The notes beneath the pieces are model-generated. The model was not told the DNA's origin and made no database searches. It saw nothing but the letters and a program-made list of their open reading frames with translations. This document shows, one piece after another, positions 63,740 to 64,000 of a DNA stretch of 64,000 nucleotides; the first letter of the stretch is position 1; every line of letters begins with the position of its first letter. The DNA comes from Octopus sinensis (taxonomy: Eukaryota). The stretch covers positions 140,306,001 through 140,370,000 of the forward strand of contig NC_042997.1 of the NCBI RefSeq assembly GCF_006345805.1. Direction: 5' to 3'. The translations under genes were made by a program, and so were the position numbers.

Positions 63740-64000
63740 TTCATGTTCTGAGTTCAGATTCCGCCGATATCGACTTTGCCTTTTATGTTTTGGGGTTCGA
63801 TATCATAAATACCAGTTGAATACTGGGGTCGAGATAATCGACTCACCCACTTCACCGAAATTACTGATCTTGCGCCAAAATTTAAAGTCAATATTATTGT
63901 ACATATTAGGGCGGCAAACTGGCAGAATCGTTAGCACGCCGGGAAAAATGCTTAGCGACATTTTGTCCGTCTTTACGCTCTGAGTCCAACTTCCGCCGAG
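63740..64000 (+). mobile_element. Two tandem SINE family B copies; the second runs off the right edge
   Basis: GAGTTCAGATTCCGCCG...ACTTTGCC; GGCGGCAAACTGGCAGAATCGTTAGC. Confidence 0.85.

Overview
Repeat-dense, AT-rich eukaryotic DNA. The SINE and LINE families look like those of an octopus (coleoid cephalopod); this is recognition from sequence, not a database result. Most of the window is nested mobile-element debris. It includes two convergent RTE LINEs with a PHD-type finger inside ORF2, one apparently full-length with tandem 5' monomers, and an internally deleted RTE. There are two R4/Dong-like restriction-endonuclease LINE relics, an ORF1-only L1/Tx1-like element inserted in a SINE head, and Penelope-like (PLE) RT and GIY-YIG fragments. 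Short PLE-type terminal repeats carry minimal hammerhead ribozyme motifs. DNA elements include Tc1, mariner and pogo transposons, MITEs and non-autonomous Helitrons, plus a Gypsy RNase H relic and at least four tRNA-derived SINE families. One host gene is supported: the last two exons of a RING-H2 protein on the + strand (44070-44396 and 48125-48163). The most notable signals are the hammerhead-bearing modules in (TA)n tracts, the ORF1-only retroposon with a 15-bp TSD, the R4-like element in (TATG)n, and several zero- or short-spacer palindromes. No CRISPR, rRNA or credible tRNA genes were found. Most long ORFs in the track are microsatellite translations.
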